Source of the DNA: Nageia nagi
Taxonomy: Eukaryota; Plantae; Pinophyta
Reading direction: 5' to 3'
NCBI GenBank assembly: GCA_050084985.1
Contig: JBITNC010000001.1
Location: 60,388,001 to 60,452,000, forward strand
Length of the DNA: 64,000 nt
Below the pieces are notes generated by a model. That model was given only the letters and a program-made list of their open reading frames with translations. It was not told the origin of the DNA and searched no databases. A program made the translations under genes and the position numbers. Shown here piece after piece: positions 27,810 to 42,949 of the stretch. Within the stretch, counting starts at the first letter, position 1, and each line of letters begins with the position of its first letter.

Positions 27810-28674
27810 TGTACATGACAAGACCCATGGGGTCCATTGGGAGCTTACATCCACCCTTAGGGGATGTCTAAGCATGAAATAAAATAATTTAGGAGTGATT
27901 TTGCTAATTGCGGGTGATTATGTAGTTAGAGGTGATTTATTAGTCATCACATTTGTATGAAGCATTCAATGTAACCAAGCGATAGGTGTTTAAGACAAAT
28001 TATGAGCTCCAAAATGAGACATCACCCTCCTTGGATAGATAAAGTCATTTAATGTCATGATTATGATCCCACGGTTTGATTGTACACATCTCGAGATGAA
28101 TTCCTAGTACAAGGCTTGGGATGACCCCTAGATGCTAGTTTACTTGATACCAAGACCCCCATGCATGGATTCTTGTGGCACTCCACCGCCATGGATTCCT
28201 AGGTGAGATCTAAGCCATTGAGTGAGACATCTAGCTACTTAGGAGCTTGGTGCATCATTTGGAAGGGAGCTTTGATCATTTTGTCATCTTTCATTCGGAG
28301 TTTGGCGTGGAGTCATCTCTTGAGCCTTCTGTGGATGAAAACCTGCAAGAAAAGGGTTTAGTGGGATGTAGTTGTTCAGTTCCAGATCAGGTCATGAGAC
28401 CCCATCTCCAGATATCAGCCTTCCAAGAGCATATTTTTCATTATTGAGTGTCAAAGCTGGTCCATAGAGCCAAACGTTAAGGCTATTTGGCTTCTTCTAT
28501 TGTACTTGCTCCATTTTGATGATATATTGAGCCGTGGATCCTTGGATCCATATTTTGTCTTAATTGAACATCCTTGTGTGATGTTGGCATTATTTTGAAC
28601 TTAATTTGTGTGATTGGTATCATTTCTTATCTTGGTGTGAGATGTTGGATTTCCCGGCATAATAATTTAGTACA
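27810..28674. mobile_element. Possible solo LTR inserted in the pseudogene
   Basis: TGTAC...GTACA inverted termini and LTR-like composition. No matching TSD found. Confidence 0.3.
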
Positions 28675-29889
28675 ACAATAATTAAGACACATCACATCTT
28701 TTCTCCTGATGTTGTTCACTGGAAGCCATTTTAAAAACAAGATTGGCAGTTAGTTGAAGTTAAACTACAGTCCTAGAGCCAGGGTAGTGGAAATGAACTC
28801 TACTAAACTGATTTATTTGCAGCATTGACATAGAACTATGTGCACCATGAATTCCATCACTTTTCTTAATAGAGATACTTCGGATGTCAGGACCCAAAAT
28901 CTTTGGTGATTTTTTGTTTTCCATGTAAACCAATATCTGATACACCTAAAGAAGATTGTACTTTGCATTACCTTATTCCCATTTCTTCCTTCACAGCCAA
29001 ACTATTATATGCCATAGTATGGTGATTCTCTTTCATGCAAACATGAAGATTATTAGCATTTTCTATCTGATTTTTTTGAAAGATAGCCACAAGTTTGTTC
29101 CTGATGAAGCTGGTGAAAGATGAACAAAGCTCCCACCAATCGGCTGATGTAATTGGGAATCAGAATGAAACACTGGATGTGCTACACTAGAGTCTAGAAA
29201 ACCTTTTGAAAATACAGATGTTTGGGATGCTGTATCCACTTTAGTTTGACACTATATTAAAGTATTGGAGACATCCTGTGACGACTATGGTGAATCTTGT
29301 AATTCTTGATGAACCAAAACTTTACTGGTTGTTTGGTGTTCTTACGAACACTTGTATCATAATTTTAAGAAAATGTTCATAGAAATGTCCTAAAGCAATT
29401 GAGAAAATAATAATTGGTTCACCATACCTTGCGATTGATTCATGCACATCTGATTCTGTATCAGTTTAAAGGAAATAGTCCTTCCCATTACTACCCAATG
29501 CATAACATTCTTATAATTTCTAAAGCAAAACCTGGTTCGTTCTTTTCAACAAGCAACTTAAGGATATTCTTCCCAAGGGCTTCTCATACGAGTCCTCTTG
29601 TACATTCAAGAGTGAGATTGCCTCTGCCACAATTGGGATGCAAGGCACTTAATCAAGAATTCAGTCTTCCAAATCTGCCAACTTGGTAGATAGCTTGTTG
29701 CATCATCTAAGAACATTGAGACACAAGATTTTCTATTTTGAAACCAATGCCAAGATTACTAAACTAGAACATAAGATGCATACTTGATACTGCCAACAAC
29801 GTCATTTCTTGTGGATGAATTCAATCCTCTTCTGCAACACCTCTTTCTTTTTATGAACATTGCATGACCTATAGTTAGTTTTCACCTTT

Positions 29890-30118
29890 GAGGTTGTCAG
29901 CAAAGCTGATTTTCAACCTCATGACTGTCAGCTGCTTTTTTTTTCAAGATCTCATTATTACGCTGTAAGCTTCCTTCTTGTGAACTTTAGAAGCTCATTT
30001 TCAAGAGGTTATCAGCAAAGCCGATTTTCAACCTAATGACTGTTAGCTGTTTTTTTTTTCAAGATCTCATTATTACATTGTAGGCATCCTCCTTCGAACT
30101 TTAGGAGCTCAATTTCAA
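29890..30118. repeat. Tandem duplication, ~115 bp x 2
   Basis: GAGGTT(G/A)TCAGCAAAGC(T/C)GATTTTCAACCT...TCAAGATCTCATTATTAC...GAACTTTAG at ~29890 and ~30005. Confidence 0.85.
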
Positions 30119-33100
30119 ATCAATGGCTGAGAATTTGTTAAAGAGCAAGCAGACCATAAAATAGTTTTTAGCCTTTAAATTTAATTTTTAATTTTTTTTG
30201 TTTTACATGACCATATGTGCTGTCATTATACTAATGTTGGATATTATCATACTATAATATATCTTTTAACCAATCATTTAATTGATAAATAAAACCTCTT
30301 ATCTAACATAAAAAAAATTATAACAAATATTTAATAAATTAAATAATATTACAAATAAATTTACCATAATAACATATGTTATTAATTGTAAATATTATCT
30401 TTTAAAAAATGACATTGCAATATCATACTTTGAAATAGACATGAACTTATTTTTATTGAATACTTTGAATTAGTATATTATTATTTAATTTCATTTGTAA
30501 TTATTGTATATGATATTTTTTATTTGATTGAATACAATATTTTTTATTTGAATTTTAATATTTCTTATGTGATATTATGTTTTCTAATGAAATAGCTACA
30601 GAATGTAATTCAACATTTATCTTATTATTTACTTTAACTTTTATTTGATTGTACGCAATATTTTTTTTTGTGAAGAATATAAAAAATATTTTATTAGATT
30701 ACAATTCTTATAGGTGCAAACACATAATTAATGTCTTATGATTACAAGAGATTATATTTATAATAAATATTTATTTTCACAATCATGTCCATCAATTTAG
30801 AATTATTATGTTTGATAAAATATTTTTACTAATACTATATACTTATATTTTACTATCATAACTATTAACTTATAACTTAACAACAATCATTATTCTTTAA
30901 TACTTTTGAAATTAAAAAATTATTGATATGTACATAATGATATATTTTTTTATTTTCTTTTCAAAATATCTCTACAAATCAAGATAATTTTTCACAATTA
31001 ATTTTGGATTATTATGCTTACATTATTATTATTATTTTAGTTTTTTAAAATTATTATTATTTATTTTATTATCATGTAAATTGTTAAGATTATACATAAA
31101 AAGAATTTATAAGATCTTGAATAATTGATAAATAATTTATATTCATTTGTTTTTAGAGATTACAAATAAGTATTTAGTTTTTAAATCATACATAAAATTT
31201 ATAGTAAACAAATGCATAGTTAAAATTTTATGAAATGAAAGTTTATTATAAAATTATGAATTTCAACTATTACGTTAGCATATGAAATTTTCATGTATTC
31301 AATTTGATAATATGGTATTTACATGTAATTTTACTCTAGTAATTTGTAATCTATTTGTAGAAAATATAATAATAAAATAAAGTATCCACAAAGGATAAAT
31401 GCATAAGGACAATCCACATAACATCTTAGTGGATATAAGTTATATTATAACTATTGAAATGTATTAAAAACTATAAATATGTTGCATCGTCTTTGTATGC
31501 CATTAAAATATGATGGATTTCTCTCTCAATCATTATGAGTTGCAAAATTTAAGGATTGTGCAAGAATATAACCTCACATTTTTTCAACTATAATTGATAT
31601 GGGAAAGAAAATGTATAAAATTCATACTAACTTTATCAAACTAACAATAAAACTAAAACATGCAGTACAATATAATCATAAAGTACTATGTTAAGTTATT
31701 ATAATTATCAAGGTAATTAAAATTCCTAATTGATGTTTTTCATTATAAAAGATTATATTTTTTTAGTCTATATAATTATTAATACTTTTTAGAATGCTTT
31801 GATGATTATTTTGTAATTAGAATAGAATAACCTACAAAAATATGTACAATAAGATTTAAATATAAATTAATGAATTTTAGAATTCATATAATCTCTTAAT
31901 ACAATTTTTAATAAAGAAACGTTTCCAATGAACATTCAAATATTTTAGTTTTACTTATCTATGATATTCATAACACATAATTTAACTCATGTTGATAGAA
32001 AGAAATGAAGAATGGGTATGCACAAAATGAAAAAATTGCATTAATTGATAAATTACTTCTTTTGATAATAAATTTTTATATTTAATAAGTTTAAACTCCA
32101 TATCTATATTTATTAATATGCTTTGTAATATATTTTGAAACTTATAATTAAAATATAAAAATATAATATGTGATTTTAATGTTACCTATCTAGTATAAAA
32201 GATAGATTATTATTAAAAATAAATATTATAATATAATAAATAAGATGATTAATATGACCATATAAAAATAGGATGACTATGATAATTTATTAAAATATAT
32301 TCAAATCTTTCCATATTATAACATATCATCCATTATTCATTTATACCCTTGAATAACATTGTATGGAGGGCTATTAGCAATTAAAGAATAACAACTTTGT
32401 TATTATGTGAGATATGTGAAATAAATATCAATTCTTTGATGAATATATCAATTTGAAAAGGTAGGAAAGGTTCTATGTTAACTATATGAGATTTCTTAGC
32501 TATTATCATTTTCCCATGATATGAGTAGAGATAAGCTTTAAGAAAAATAAAAATACTTGTAATCAACCATCAAATGTTATAATATAGAAATATTATATTA
32601 TTAATATGATAATGTATTACCAAAATTTTATAAAAAATAATTATTGATATAGTTAGTTAACTATAATTTTCATATTAACTATCTCAAACTAAATATAGAT
32701 ATTATTAAATATATATATTACAATATGATTGCAAATAAATACTAAACATACAATGGATTTTAGATCTTTTTAAAATCTATATTACCATATGTGATAAAAA
32801 TAGCATGTATGTAAATGATAATTAATTAATTAATTCATTTTGAAAGATTTTATAATTGCAAATTAATTAAGTTGTTTGTAAAATCCTTTTCATTAATAAA
32901 ATTTTCCAACTAATCACATAAAAGAGAATTATTTATAAATGGTAGAATATAAATTATTTTGTTTCTCAATCAGCTATTCATCAATTATGATAGTTGTTGT
33001 AAGTAAAAGGAAATAATGTATATACAATCACAAAAAGTAAATTGTATATAACAAATACATCTCTATTTACAAATGTCACAAATGAAAATATTTTTTTATA

Positions 33101-36100
33101 AATGTACCAGTTCATACTCCACTTCATAGATTCTTGCTTGTACAAAACATTAATATTAACACAAATCTAATTATTTAAATTTAGATATTTATGTCTTAAT
33201 AGATTATATAGTAGTTATCATTTTTCTTATAATTTTTTAACATATATTATTTTGTTCTTAAAAATAAATTATCAACATGAAATTACTGTTAACAAGAAAT
33301 GAAATTCAAGATATTATACATATAAAACTTTTTATTATTTCTTCAAAATGATGAAACCAAAATTATAAAAAAAATCGATATATACATTGAAATATGATTT
33401 ATTCTTTGAATCAAACACTACGTTAAAATTTACAACAAAAAAAATGTTAAATAAATTTTAATCCATTCAAACCCTTAATTTTTATATTTCATGACTAATA
33501 AAAATATTTATAAGGTCATTCAAATCCATCATTATTCAAATTGATTAATTCCTTGAAAATTAATAGATGTAAGGTAATATAATTATTAAATTATAATAAT
33601 TTGATAATTTTGATATTTTTCCTAAAATCATTCACAAATTTCCTATAAATATATTTACAATAATCATTCTTCTCATTCATTACGAAAACGTAATAGTTTC
33701 TACCTACGTTTTGAAAAAATAAAAAGAGAATAATGTTACATATCCCTTTTTAAGTACTTCCCTTGTCCTCAAATGAAGAATGTTAATGCCTTCTGGGCAA
33801 TATTCTCTCCTTAATAACACATTCTTTCTATCACACGATCTCTGATAGCCAAACTCTTTCTATTGTAAATTAGGATATACAAAAGTTGTGTGAAACATAT
33901 TGAATTCTTTATTAAAATTCAAATTAAATATATTTTATATCAAAAAAAATAAAAAATAAAAAATTTCAATGATCATTTTTTTAAATAATTTAGATTAAAA
34001 TTTAATTTTATTAATAAATAAAATGTTAAAATCATTTTTAAATTTTATTGAAAAGTATATATATAATCAGTTCATCAAATCTAAAGAATTTAATTCTAAA
34101 GCATTTTTTTTTATGAAAATTCATTAAAATCTTTTCATCTCTAACATTCAAGAGAATGATTAATAGAATTAAATGAACACCTAAAAATATTTTATAATCA
34201 AATTTTCAATCAAGAATTTTCAAATATTAATAAGCATTGATTCAATCCAAAGTATTTACCATCTAATTATATAAATAATCAATGGGAACTAGGAACTATC
34301 TTCTTGGACATACCAACTACTTCAAGCTTCAAATCCATTGTAGATCAATTTGCTAATTTCATTATAATTAATTCCCATAGCAACTATTATAATTCTAGGA
34401 TTCTAAGAGTTCTACAATGTGAATAACAATTTAAAGAAATTCCATTCTAGATTAAAAAAAATTACACTCTAAAGATTATAAGTTGACAAATGCATGGAAT
34501 TCTTTGATAAAAGAGAAACTAAACATACTTTACAATTTAAGATATAAGAAATATTATTTTATTGATCATCTTTTCAAATAACCCTTAACATTAAAATTTA
34601 AACTCATTAATATGTTCAATGATAAAATTTTTTTTACAATGTATATCAAATATAATACACAATTAAGTCATCAAACTTAAAGGACTTAATTTTATAATAT
34701 TTATCCTTTAAAAACTCAAGTATCTTTTCATGCCATAGAACATTATTAAAATAAATAGAAAAAATACCTTAAATATTTAATGGTTTAGTTTTCAATCATA
34801 GAGTTCATAATTCAAAGATTAACATTCTTTCTAAATTCAACTTTTCCATCCAATTACTAAAAATATTGTGTGAAACAAAGATTACTTCAAACATTGAACA
34901 ATAAACATGATAAATCCATTTTTTTAAATTTATTTTTGATGAAAAAAGCAAACTTTATTAATTAACTACTTTTTTACAACAAAAGGAGGCATTGGGTGGC
35001 AATGATAACACCTCGCAAGTTAACAAATTAACCATAACCATAGGTTAGGACAACCATAAAAAAGGGCTTGCATGCACACATCACAACAAAAAATCAAAAC
35101 ATCGTGGGCATTAAAGTTGATAATCAAACTTCATGGTGTGTGAAGGAACCAGGATGAGACATGTTGCTTTCTCGTTGTAATGTCCCCAATTCTTAGTAAT
35201 TTCATTTCAATGTGATTCCTTAGCATCTAGGAGTAAATTATAAGCATTTGTACACTTATTGGCATTATCACATGCCAAAATATATGTTAAATTATGAAAA
35301 TGGCTCTTTGTATAAGCCTAAGTCGGCGAGGTCCACTTGGCAATTTAATTCTCTCCTATAGGGATAGTCAGTTGGCTTCTAGGAGGAGAATAGAAGCATA
35401 TAAATACAAAATTTAAATCTCATTTTCATCATCATCAAGTCTCTTTATTGTCTACAATTTTGTGTAAGAGATGTGCCCTTCTCACCCTTCTTTGGCCTAG
35501 GGATGCGCCCAACAGCCATAGAAGTTTGCACTTGAAGAAATGAGGAGATATTCTCTTATTTTGGATGCTCTAATTCAAGTTACAGGAAAGTTAGAGTTTG
35601 TTACAGAATTGCAACCTTGCTATCTTGCACTTTGAAGGTTTTGACCTCATATTTTGTTCTTACAATTGGCTCATGAATGGATGCTTTTATTGGCTTATTA
35701 GTGCATTTTTGAGTTCTTAATTTTGTTGTTATAAATCAGATTTTTGTCATCAATATTAAGGGCTAAAAAGTATTCTTATAATTGGAATTGAAAGTTGGAT
35801 TCTAAAGTGTAACAAACCTAAGTATTCTTACGCATTATATTCTTGTTTTTGTGCTCAAAAATTGTGAAAAATATTTAGGATATTTCACTTACATGTTCTA
35901 GCCATCATTTCGACGATGGGGGGTAATGGCATCTACGACTTCCTCACCCCATCCATGTGGCGAGGAGGGGCGTGAATGTTGCAGATCTAATGATCAACCA
36001 TCATCATTAATGGTAAGGGATTTGTCTTTCCCCCACAATATCTCTTGTCTAGAAGTAGTAGGGAGTTCATTCCAACCACCGAGTAACTTGTATGCCAATC

Positions 36101-38315
36101 ATACAAATCATTGATAGTTAATCTTTTTACTATTTTAATGAGAGTTTTCATTGGGTTACTTGATCATTTAACTTAACTTTAACATCATAAATCACTAAGT
36201 ATTATTGCTCACATAATTTAGCATTATCTAGAATACAAACATGTTCAACATCAATATCATCATTAAAGTTTGACCTTAGCACCAATGTCGCCATTAAAGT
36301 ATTATATCATCATTATTAGGCACCATCAAGATCTAAATAATTGTGTGAATTATTTCTATAATTCAACCAAGGTCCATCCCATCTATGAATTACAATCAAT
36401 ATGTAATATCCTTATTCAAACTTAATTGCATATATTTAAAAGATATAAAGGAAATGAAGCAATATGTATTTTCCACTAAAAATATAAGAGGGGAGTTTTA
36501 TGCTAATGGACTCTTCCTTCATGATGTGAATCAATACAAAACATTATTTGATATAAAGTATACAAATGAAATCATCACAAAATCAAATTATAAAATTTGC
36601 ATGCCTCACATCAATACATTGGTTAAATTTAATCTAATTAAAATATTGCAAGTCTCAAATTTGTATGAGTTTCAATATAAAGCACACAACTAAATTTCAA
36701 ATCTTGATGATGGACAAATAATTAACCTTAAATTATGAAACTTAATAGAACAAATTAAAATGCAAAAGTTAAGATTTATAAATAACTCTCAATAACTTTT
36801 GGTTTAACCCTAACTAACATATCAAATCAAAATACAAAATTTCTAGATAATTCTCACAAATCCTATTACAATCTTGAATAAATATTAATGCTAATATTTA
36901 AGATTAAAACAAATTTTATATTCATCTTGAATATTCAAACAATTACAAATTTAATTGTGTGTCCTAAACTTTCTTTATACCAGTATGTAACAATCAGTCT
37001 AAAACAATTATCTCATAAAATATGGAATAAAGTTGATCTACTTAAATAACTTGATTTTTACAAACTAATTAAAAACAATTGTCTCAGAATTGATCATCGA
37101 GTATTATTTCAAAGAGGGGTGTGTTTATGTGGAGGCAGGTAAGCCTTTCATTTACAATAATAATATGTAATGGGTTGACTCTATGACGAGGGTTGGCTGT
37201 ATTAATATACATTGACCTCCAAAACTTGTGAATAGATGATGTTGATGCTTAAAGCCAATGATCAACCTTAATTATTGGTCGCCTTGATGATTTGAGTACT
37301 TGTCGAGAGGCAAATGAAGTAGCACAAGGAAGATGAACAAACACTTAGGCAATTAGATAATCACTTGCATGCCAACGTTATGCAACACAAGCCAACATCA
37401 TGTTCATTTGGAAAGCAAATCATCTCACAAACCATGAAGTAGTACACAACAATCATACAAAAAACCACCTTGTATTAAAGAAGCCAAAAACTATACACAT
37501 GGCCAACAAATACTTTTGGTCAAATGAGTATTAACCATGAGATGATGGAAAGCTATGGGTTATATATATAATATATAGAAATGAAGGCACTCGAATCATT
37601 TCTAAAACCTATAGATATTGTAATATATTTATATTTAATAAGATGACTGTTCTAGTAGTGCACATTCTCCTTAAATCTAATTACATTCCATGCAAACTTC
37701 AAAAATTTCGAACTCTTGATTCCATTAAGATACGACTGTTAATTTGTACATTTGAACATATAAGAGCAGTAAAAAGCATAAAGGTAATTCATAACACATC
37801 TTCCATTTTAATTAGCATCGTGAGAAGAAATTGGACCTCATCAATTCATCATCTACTATAGTTCAATTAGCTTGAACACTTCACAATTGGAGAAATTCAC
37901 TCCTGTTCCTCAAAAAAATCTCCCCAAGGCAGATTTGTATGTCTCTCATCTCAGAGAAGGCACATAAATCCAACCACAGAAATCATTCCACCGATGGAAT
38001 GGACAAATCACAAGATTCAAACCCAAACAGAGAGGCACCTCTCTAACCATCCTTCGATGGATAATTACTGCAACTAAGACATGGCCAGCCAAGATGATGG
38101 GAACAACATTTCCATTACATGGAAGTGACCAAAAGATTCAAGGCCATTGTAGACCTTACTTATTCAGCATAAAGTCCTTGAAAGTAAACAATGACTTCAT
38201 ACACTTTCAAGCATTTATCGGCCAGTTTTCTTGTAGCACTCACACCTGGAGAAATTTTAAAAATCTCCAAACTGAGACTGTACTTAACAAATTACCCACA
38301 ATCAATACGTTTAAC

Positions 38316-39425
38316 CTATATTCCTTCCAGTTTTGAACCCCTTTCAGCAATATTCTGTTTCAAACATGATATTCCATATTCATTCTGGACGCCTGTTCCG
38401 GCCTTACCAGCTGTATGAGTTGCATCCATTAAGTAATCTCCTTCTTCCAGGACATCAAAACCATAATCCTGCATGTTTTGCTGACAAATTAAATTGCCAG
38501 ATGTTTCACCAAAATAACTTTTCTTTGCATTTTTCATTCCTGAAAAGACAAGTCCATCCGTATTAAAATTCTCATTAGAACCAAATTCAGATTCGTCATC
38601 ATCACTGTCTATCTTCTCTGGTTTAACTCTGTTCTGAAGAGTTCTCCGTCTCAACACAAAAACATTAAAATAATAGCTAACCAACATTTCCATACTCTTG
38701 GACGGAAAACATGCTGGCAAATGGTTCCAAAAATTCTTTTGAAGAGAGACAGGATTTAGTCTAACCAGAGCTCTAAATTTCCTCTCCTCCTCTGGTGTCC
38801 ATGATGTTGAGGCATCTTCTCCCATGTCATCAAATCTCCAAGTAAAGAATTCAGAACCTAACTCTGCTTTCAACTTGTTTCTTTCATCCCTTATGTGTGA
38901 CCTAACACATTCTATAGAACCAGGACTGGAACAAAGGCAACCATTAGGTCGACCTTTCCCAATCCTGTCCTTGTTAATCACACTTTTACCACCTTTTGGA
39001 GGCCAAACCTGTGTACCTAGCCATATGAACTCATCCACGTCTACTTCAACAGAATTATTATCCCCATTTCCTGACTTTTGTGCACCATGCCAATCAGGAA
39101 CAATAGCCTGGTTGTTCGGGCCTATAGGGATCCTTTTCCTTGTCATACGCTCCAAATAAAGAGAAGTGGAACCTGCTATGCCGTCAAAGGCATCAGAGGA
39201 TGGTCTTGGAATACACTGCAACCATTTTGTATCCAAGCCAGGTGGACTAGCAGAAACAGATGAGCCAACTGTATGATTCCCAACCAAAGATGATGGAGAG
39301 ACGAAAGGATGATATTGCGACCCATATAATGCCAAACGCTTATCAGTAGCTCTCAATCTGTCTAAAGCCTGATTATTAGCTGAATTTGATGCTTCATAAA
39401 ATGATGGACAAACCTTCTGTTTCTT
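38316..39425 (-). CDS. ARID1/ARID2-like protein, last coding exon (ELM2 + SANT-like)
   Basis: Acceptor ATGCAG|AAG at 39426, phase 0, matching the upstream donor. Motifs KKQKVCPSFYE, RKRIPIGPNNQAIVPDW, GKGRPNGCLCSSPGSIECVRSHI, WTPEEERKF...LVSYYFNVFVLRRR. Open to the stop at 38316. Confidence 0.92.
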   Translation of the reverse strand, partial: KKQKVCPSFYEASNSANNQALDRLRATDKRLALYGSQYHPFVSPSSLVGNHTVGSSVSASPPGLDTKWLQCIPRPSSDAFDGIAGSTSLYLERMTRKRIPIGPNNQAIVPDWHGAQKSGNGDNNSVEVDVDEFIWLGTQVWPPKGGKSVINKDRIGKGRPNGCLCSSPGSIECVRSHIRDERNKLKAELGSEFFTWRFDDMGEDASTSWTPEEERKFRALVRLNPVSLQKNFWNHLPACFPSKSMEMLVSYYFNVFVLRRRTLQNRVKPEKIDSDDDESEFGSNENFNTDGLVFSGMKNAKKSYFGETSGNLICQQNMQDYGFDVLEEGDYLMDATHTAGKAGTGVQNEYGISCLKQNIAERGSKLEGI

Positions 39426-40436
39426 CTGCATTTCAATTACAAAGATTGGGATTAACCAAAAGAAATGATAAGTTAAAACAACTTCCAATGCTATAGGGTG
39501 TTAAAAAAGTAATCGACAAACTGTATGAGCATCAACTTCTAATTGAGAAGAGAGAGACTTCAATATGCAATTACTATGTGCAGTAATTTTCATCACAAAA
39601 TAATAGCATAACATGCATCAATTCAAAGAGAACAGATATACTATATACACAGTTCCAAATAATAACTAGTCAACCAGAAAAGAGAAAATTAGAAAAAGGC
39701 TTCTCAGAAGGAAGGGTAAAAGCTTTTCAGAATGTTGTAACGCATGGGATGAGTATAAGAAGAGTCAACACTGAAGGGAAAAGTTCTTTGAAAGCTTCTA
39801 ATTAAATGACAATTGGATAAACATTTAAAAGAGATAAAAAAAAGTTTATATGATTATTGACATAAATCAATGTATTAATTAATTTCACGTTCCTTACAAT
39901 ATTTTGTTGTTTTTATGATATTTTATAACAAAAATTATTATTAATATTATTGAAATATAATTCACAATTATCTTTGAACAGTGCCTTTTTTTTTAAAAAA
40001 CCAATGTTTAGTGAATTCAGTACTTGATTTTGATATTATACCTGAAATATTTATTACTTAGAATTTTTTTAATTATTATATATATTAATCCTGTTAATTA
40101 AAGTTTAAAAATTATAATATGCTTAATAAAATTATAAAATATTAAAATTTATAATTTTATTTAAATTATTGTCATATATAATTTAATGTTATTATAACTT
40201 TTTTAATATATAAATAAAATTGTATCAAGCATATTATGATTTATATAATGAATAATAGATATAGATATATAAATATATATTTGGTTAAGTGTTGAAAGAA
40301 TTTCAATATTTTTACAAGAGTGATTTGAAAATTGAGGTATGTCATTATTACATGACATTTGAGATATATCATCATCATTTGAGAATTTCCATATCCATTG
40401 TTCTCTCAACTCGCTTAACATGTTATGATTATACAT

Positions 40437-40915
40437 AATAGAATAAAAAATGGTTTTTTGAAAATACCATTCGGAATTAAATATGTAAAAACGATAAAAA
40501 AATGATCAAAGTACAGTGAATACGATAATAAATCACGGATTTTAAAATTCGTGAATACGGAAAAAATGCAAAAAAGGTAAAAAAATAGAAAAAACGGAAA
40601 AAGTTCATGACAAAAAAAACTGCCAAATTTGAGAAAAAAAGACAAAAAAAAGGAAAAAAATGTAAAATACAACAAGTACTACGGGACAACAAGGTTTTTA
40701 TGCATGTTTTTCTTGTGTTTTTTGACCATTTAAATGCCAAATACAGCAAGTACGGTAAATACGATCACATTTTCAACGTTTTTTGTCTGTTTAAACAATC
40801 AATTTTTGATTAAAAAAATAACATTTTTAACATTTTTTAAACACAATACGATTTTTCCAAAAAAAAAATAAAAAATGACATTTTTTACATTTAAACAATA
40901 ATTTTTTATTCTATG
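40437..40915. mobile_element. hAT-type MITE, intact copy, intronic
   Basis: TIRs AATAGAATAAAAAAT / ATTTTTTATTCTATG, 8-bp TSD TTATACAT/TTATATAT, repeated AAATACG subterminal motifs. Confidence 0.8.
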
Positions 40916-42949
40916 TTATATATATAATTATAAATCTTTTTTAAATTTCAGAAAAAGGTATTTAAACTCCTTTTTACATGTAAAAAGGAGAGATTTAAAC
41001 ATAAATTAAACATTTTTATCACTTTTTTTTTAATTTTTTATTATATATTTTATTATAAAAGATATCATATTATAAACAATAAATTAAAAAATATGGTAAA
41101 TTTATTGTATTATTAGTACTTAAGACAATTCAAAATGTTTAAACAAATGCAAACAATAACACTACCCTAGTTTGATGACCAGTTGGCATATTAAATTGGT
41201 AACAATTGGTTAGAATATCCTAATGTGCCACCTTCTCACTATAAACACCTCTTTTGTTTTGAATAAATAATAAAACGACTCCATTACAAGTAGGAAATGC
41301 TTGTTTACAAGTACCCACTCACAGCTACAGCCCATTTCATCTTCATTCATCTTCACCATCACAACGCTCCACTTATCTACTTACCACGTCATAATGATTT
41401 GCTATCACTAAGTTCCAGTCATTAAGCAAACTCTGTCTGCTCCGAACTGATATTCCTACCAATAAGCACCTCATGTCAAGTGAATCTCCAGTCGCAACCA
41501 ATAACAATGAAACTTATTGCCAAGCGTGATTGAATTTCATTTGCCTACATGACCATTCATTATGTGGTCACTCTGGAACGCTTAAAATCTCCTTAAAAAC
41601 TTGCCACGACATTAAAGGTGGTAGGTGGAATGCACAATCAGCATTAAAAACCCAATAGAGAATGGCCCAACAGCACTAAGCAAATATTACAACTCACAAG
41701 CCTCCTGCCTGTGGATCAGGTGTTCTTGAACTGCAAATCTTGCCATTAAATTTAAATTACAAAGGCAAATGTGGATAGCCTTTAAATTGTTTTTCAAGAT
41801 TTACAAATCCGACTGAAATACTATAGGCTTTCAAAATATTGATTTTGCTGAAAATAGGGAAGCTCAGTCATTTGAATGCAATGTAATATTTGTTTAATAT
41901 TATTCCTTAAAATCTTGTAATTGATAAAAATATAACAGGAATGATGCAAAAAATGAAAAAGGAACTCCAATAAGCTAAACAAAGATCAACACATCAGTAT
42001 GCTCAAAGAGGTCGTCCCTATTCAAGATGTGCCCATAAAAAATGATCTTTCAAATATTTAAATATAGAAAATATAGTTATAAAAGAAACTTTCCAAATTT
42101 TAAGAAAGTTTATCTCGTGGTTGTCCACGCATTATCTTTCATGTTCTGTAAATTAATGTTTGCAAAAGTTTCACTTTCTTCTTCAGTTTAATCTTAGTCG
42201 TGAACCATCCCGTGATAAAAAAAAAAAAAGGAAAGTTCTAGATCCCTAACTGCCCTTTTTCCTAGAAGATAGAAATTGAACGTTTCGTATTCTATTTCCA
42301 ACAATTGCAAGAAAAGCCAGGCAACTGTCTATGTTGATGTGTTTTGATTTTATACACTATTGAATCTTTTAGATGCTTAAATCAACACATATGCCTTATG
42401 TGATTTCACTTTGTACAATATATGGTAGCTTCTTGGTTGTGAATGCTTTTAATAATATTGCCACTCATATATGCCTCACAAGTCAAATGGTTTCATTTTG
42501 TGCAATTTAAAGGTAGCTTCTTCGCTGTGAATGTTTTTAATAATATTGCCAATATTTCTTCTCTTCCTATATTTTTTCCTCCTTTCTACTTAAATATTTG
42601 TTTTATTGTTTACGGATCAGCCTTCTTTAAAGGTTATTCTAGGGTTCAGTCAGAAATTTCCAAATATACTTCGATCAGGGTTGATTGTACACATTAGGGG
42701 ATTAATAATTAACAAGAAGTTGGTGACAAAGATGGCAAGGGATAGGTGCACAAGTTTCTGAGATGATAGGAAAATGAGAGTCCAGTTTTGCAGGGACATT
42801 CAAGGACTGTATATAGGCAAACAAATAAAATTGCAAAAGTTGTTATAGATGGTCGAAACACATATATAGCATTCTAGGAACAACCCTTTTCAAAAGAAGA
42901 CTTTTAAGTACAACAAGAGATGTCTTTGAATTATTGCTGCATACTCGCA

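Noticed and set aside
35176-35930. Solo LTR starting TGTAATGTCCCC
   Set aside because: LTR-like start and TATA, but no matching 3' terminus or TSD could be identified.
39426-39488. ORF-track N-terminus MEVVLTYHFFW as the real start of a standalone 390-aa gene
   Set aside because: This segment is the intron 3' end; the splice acceptor at 39426 joins the ARID exon in frame.
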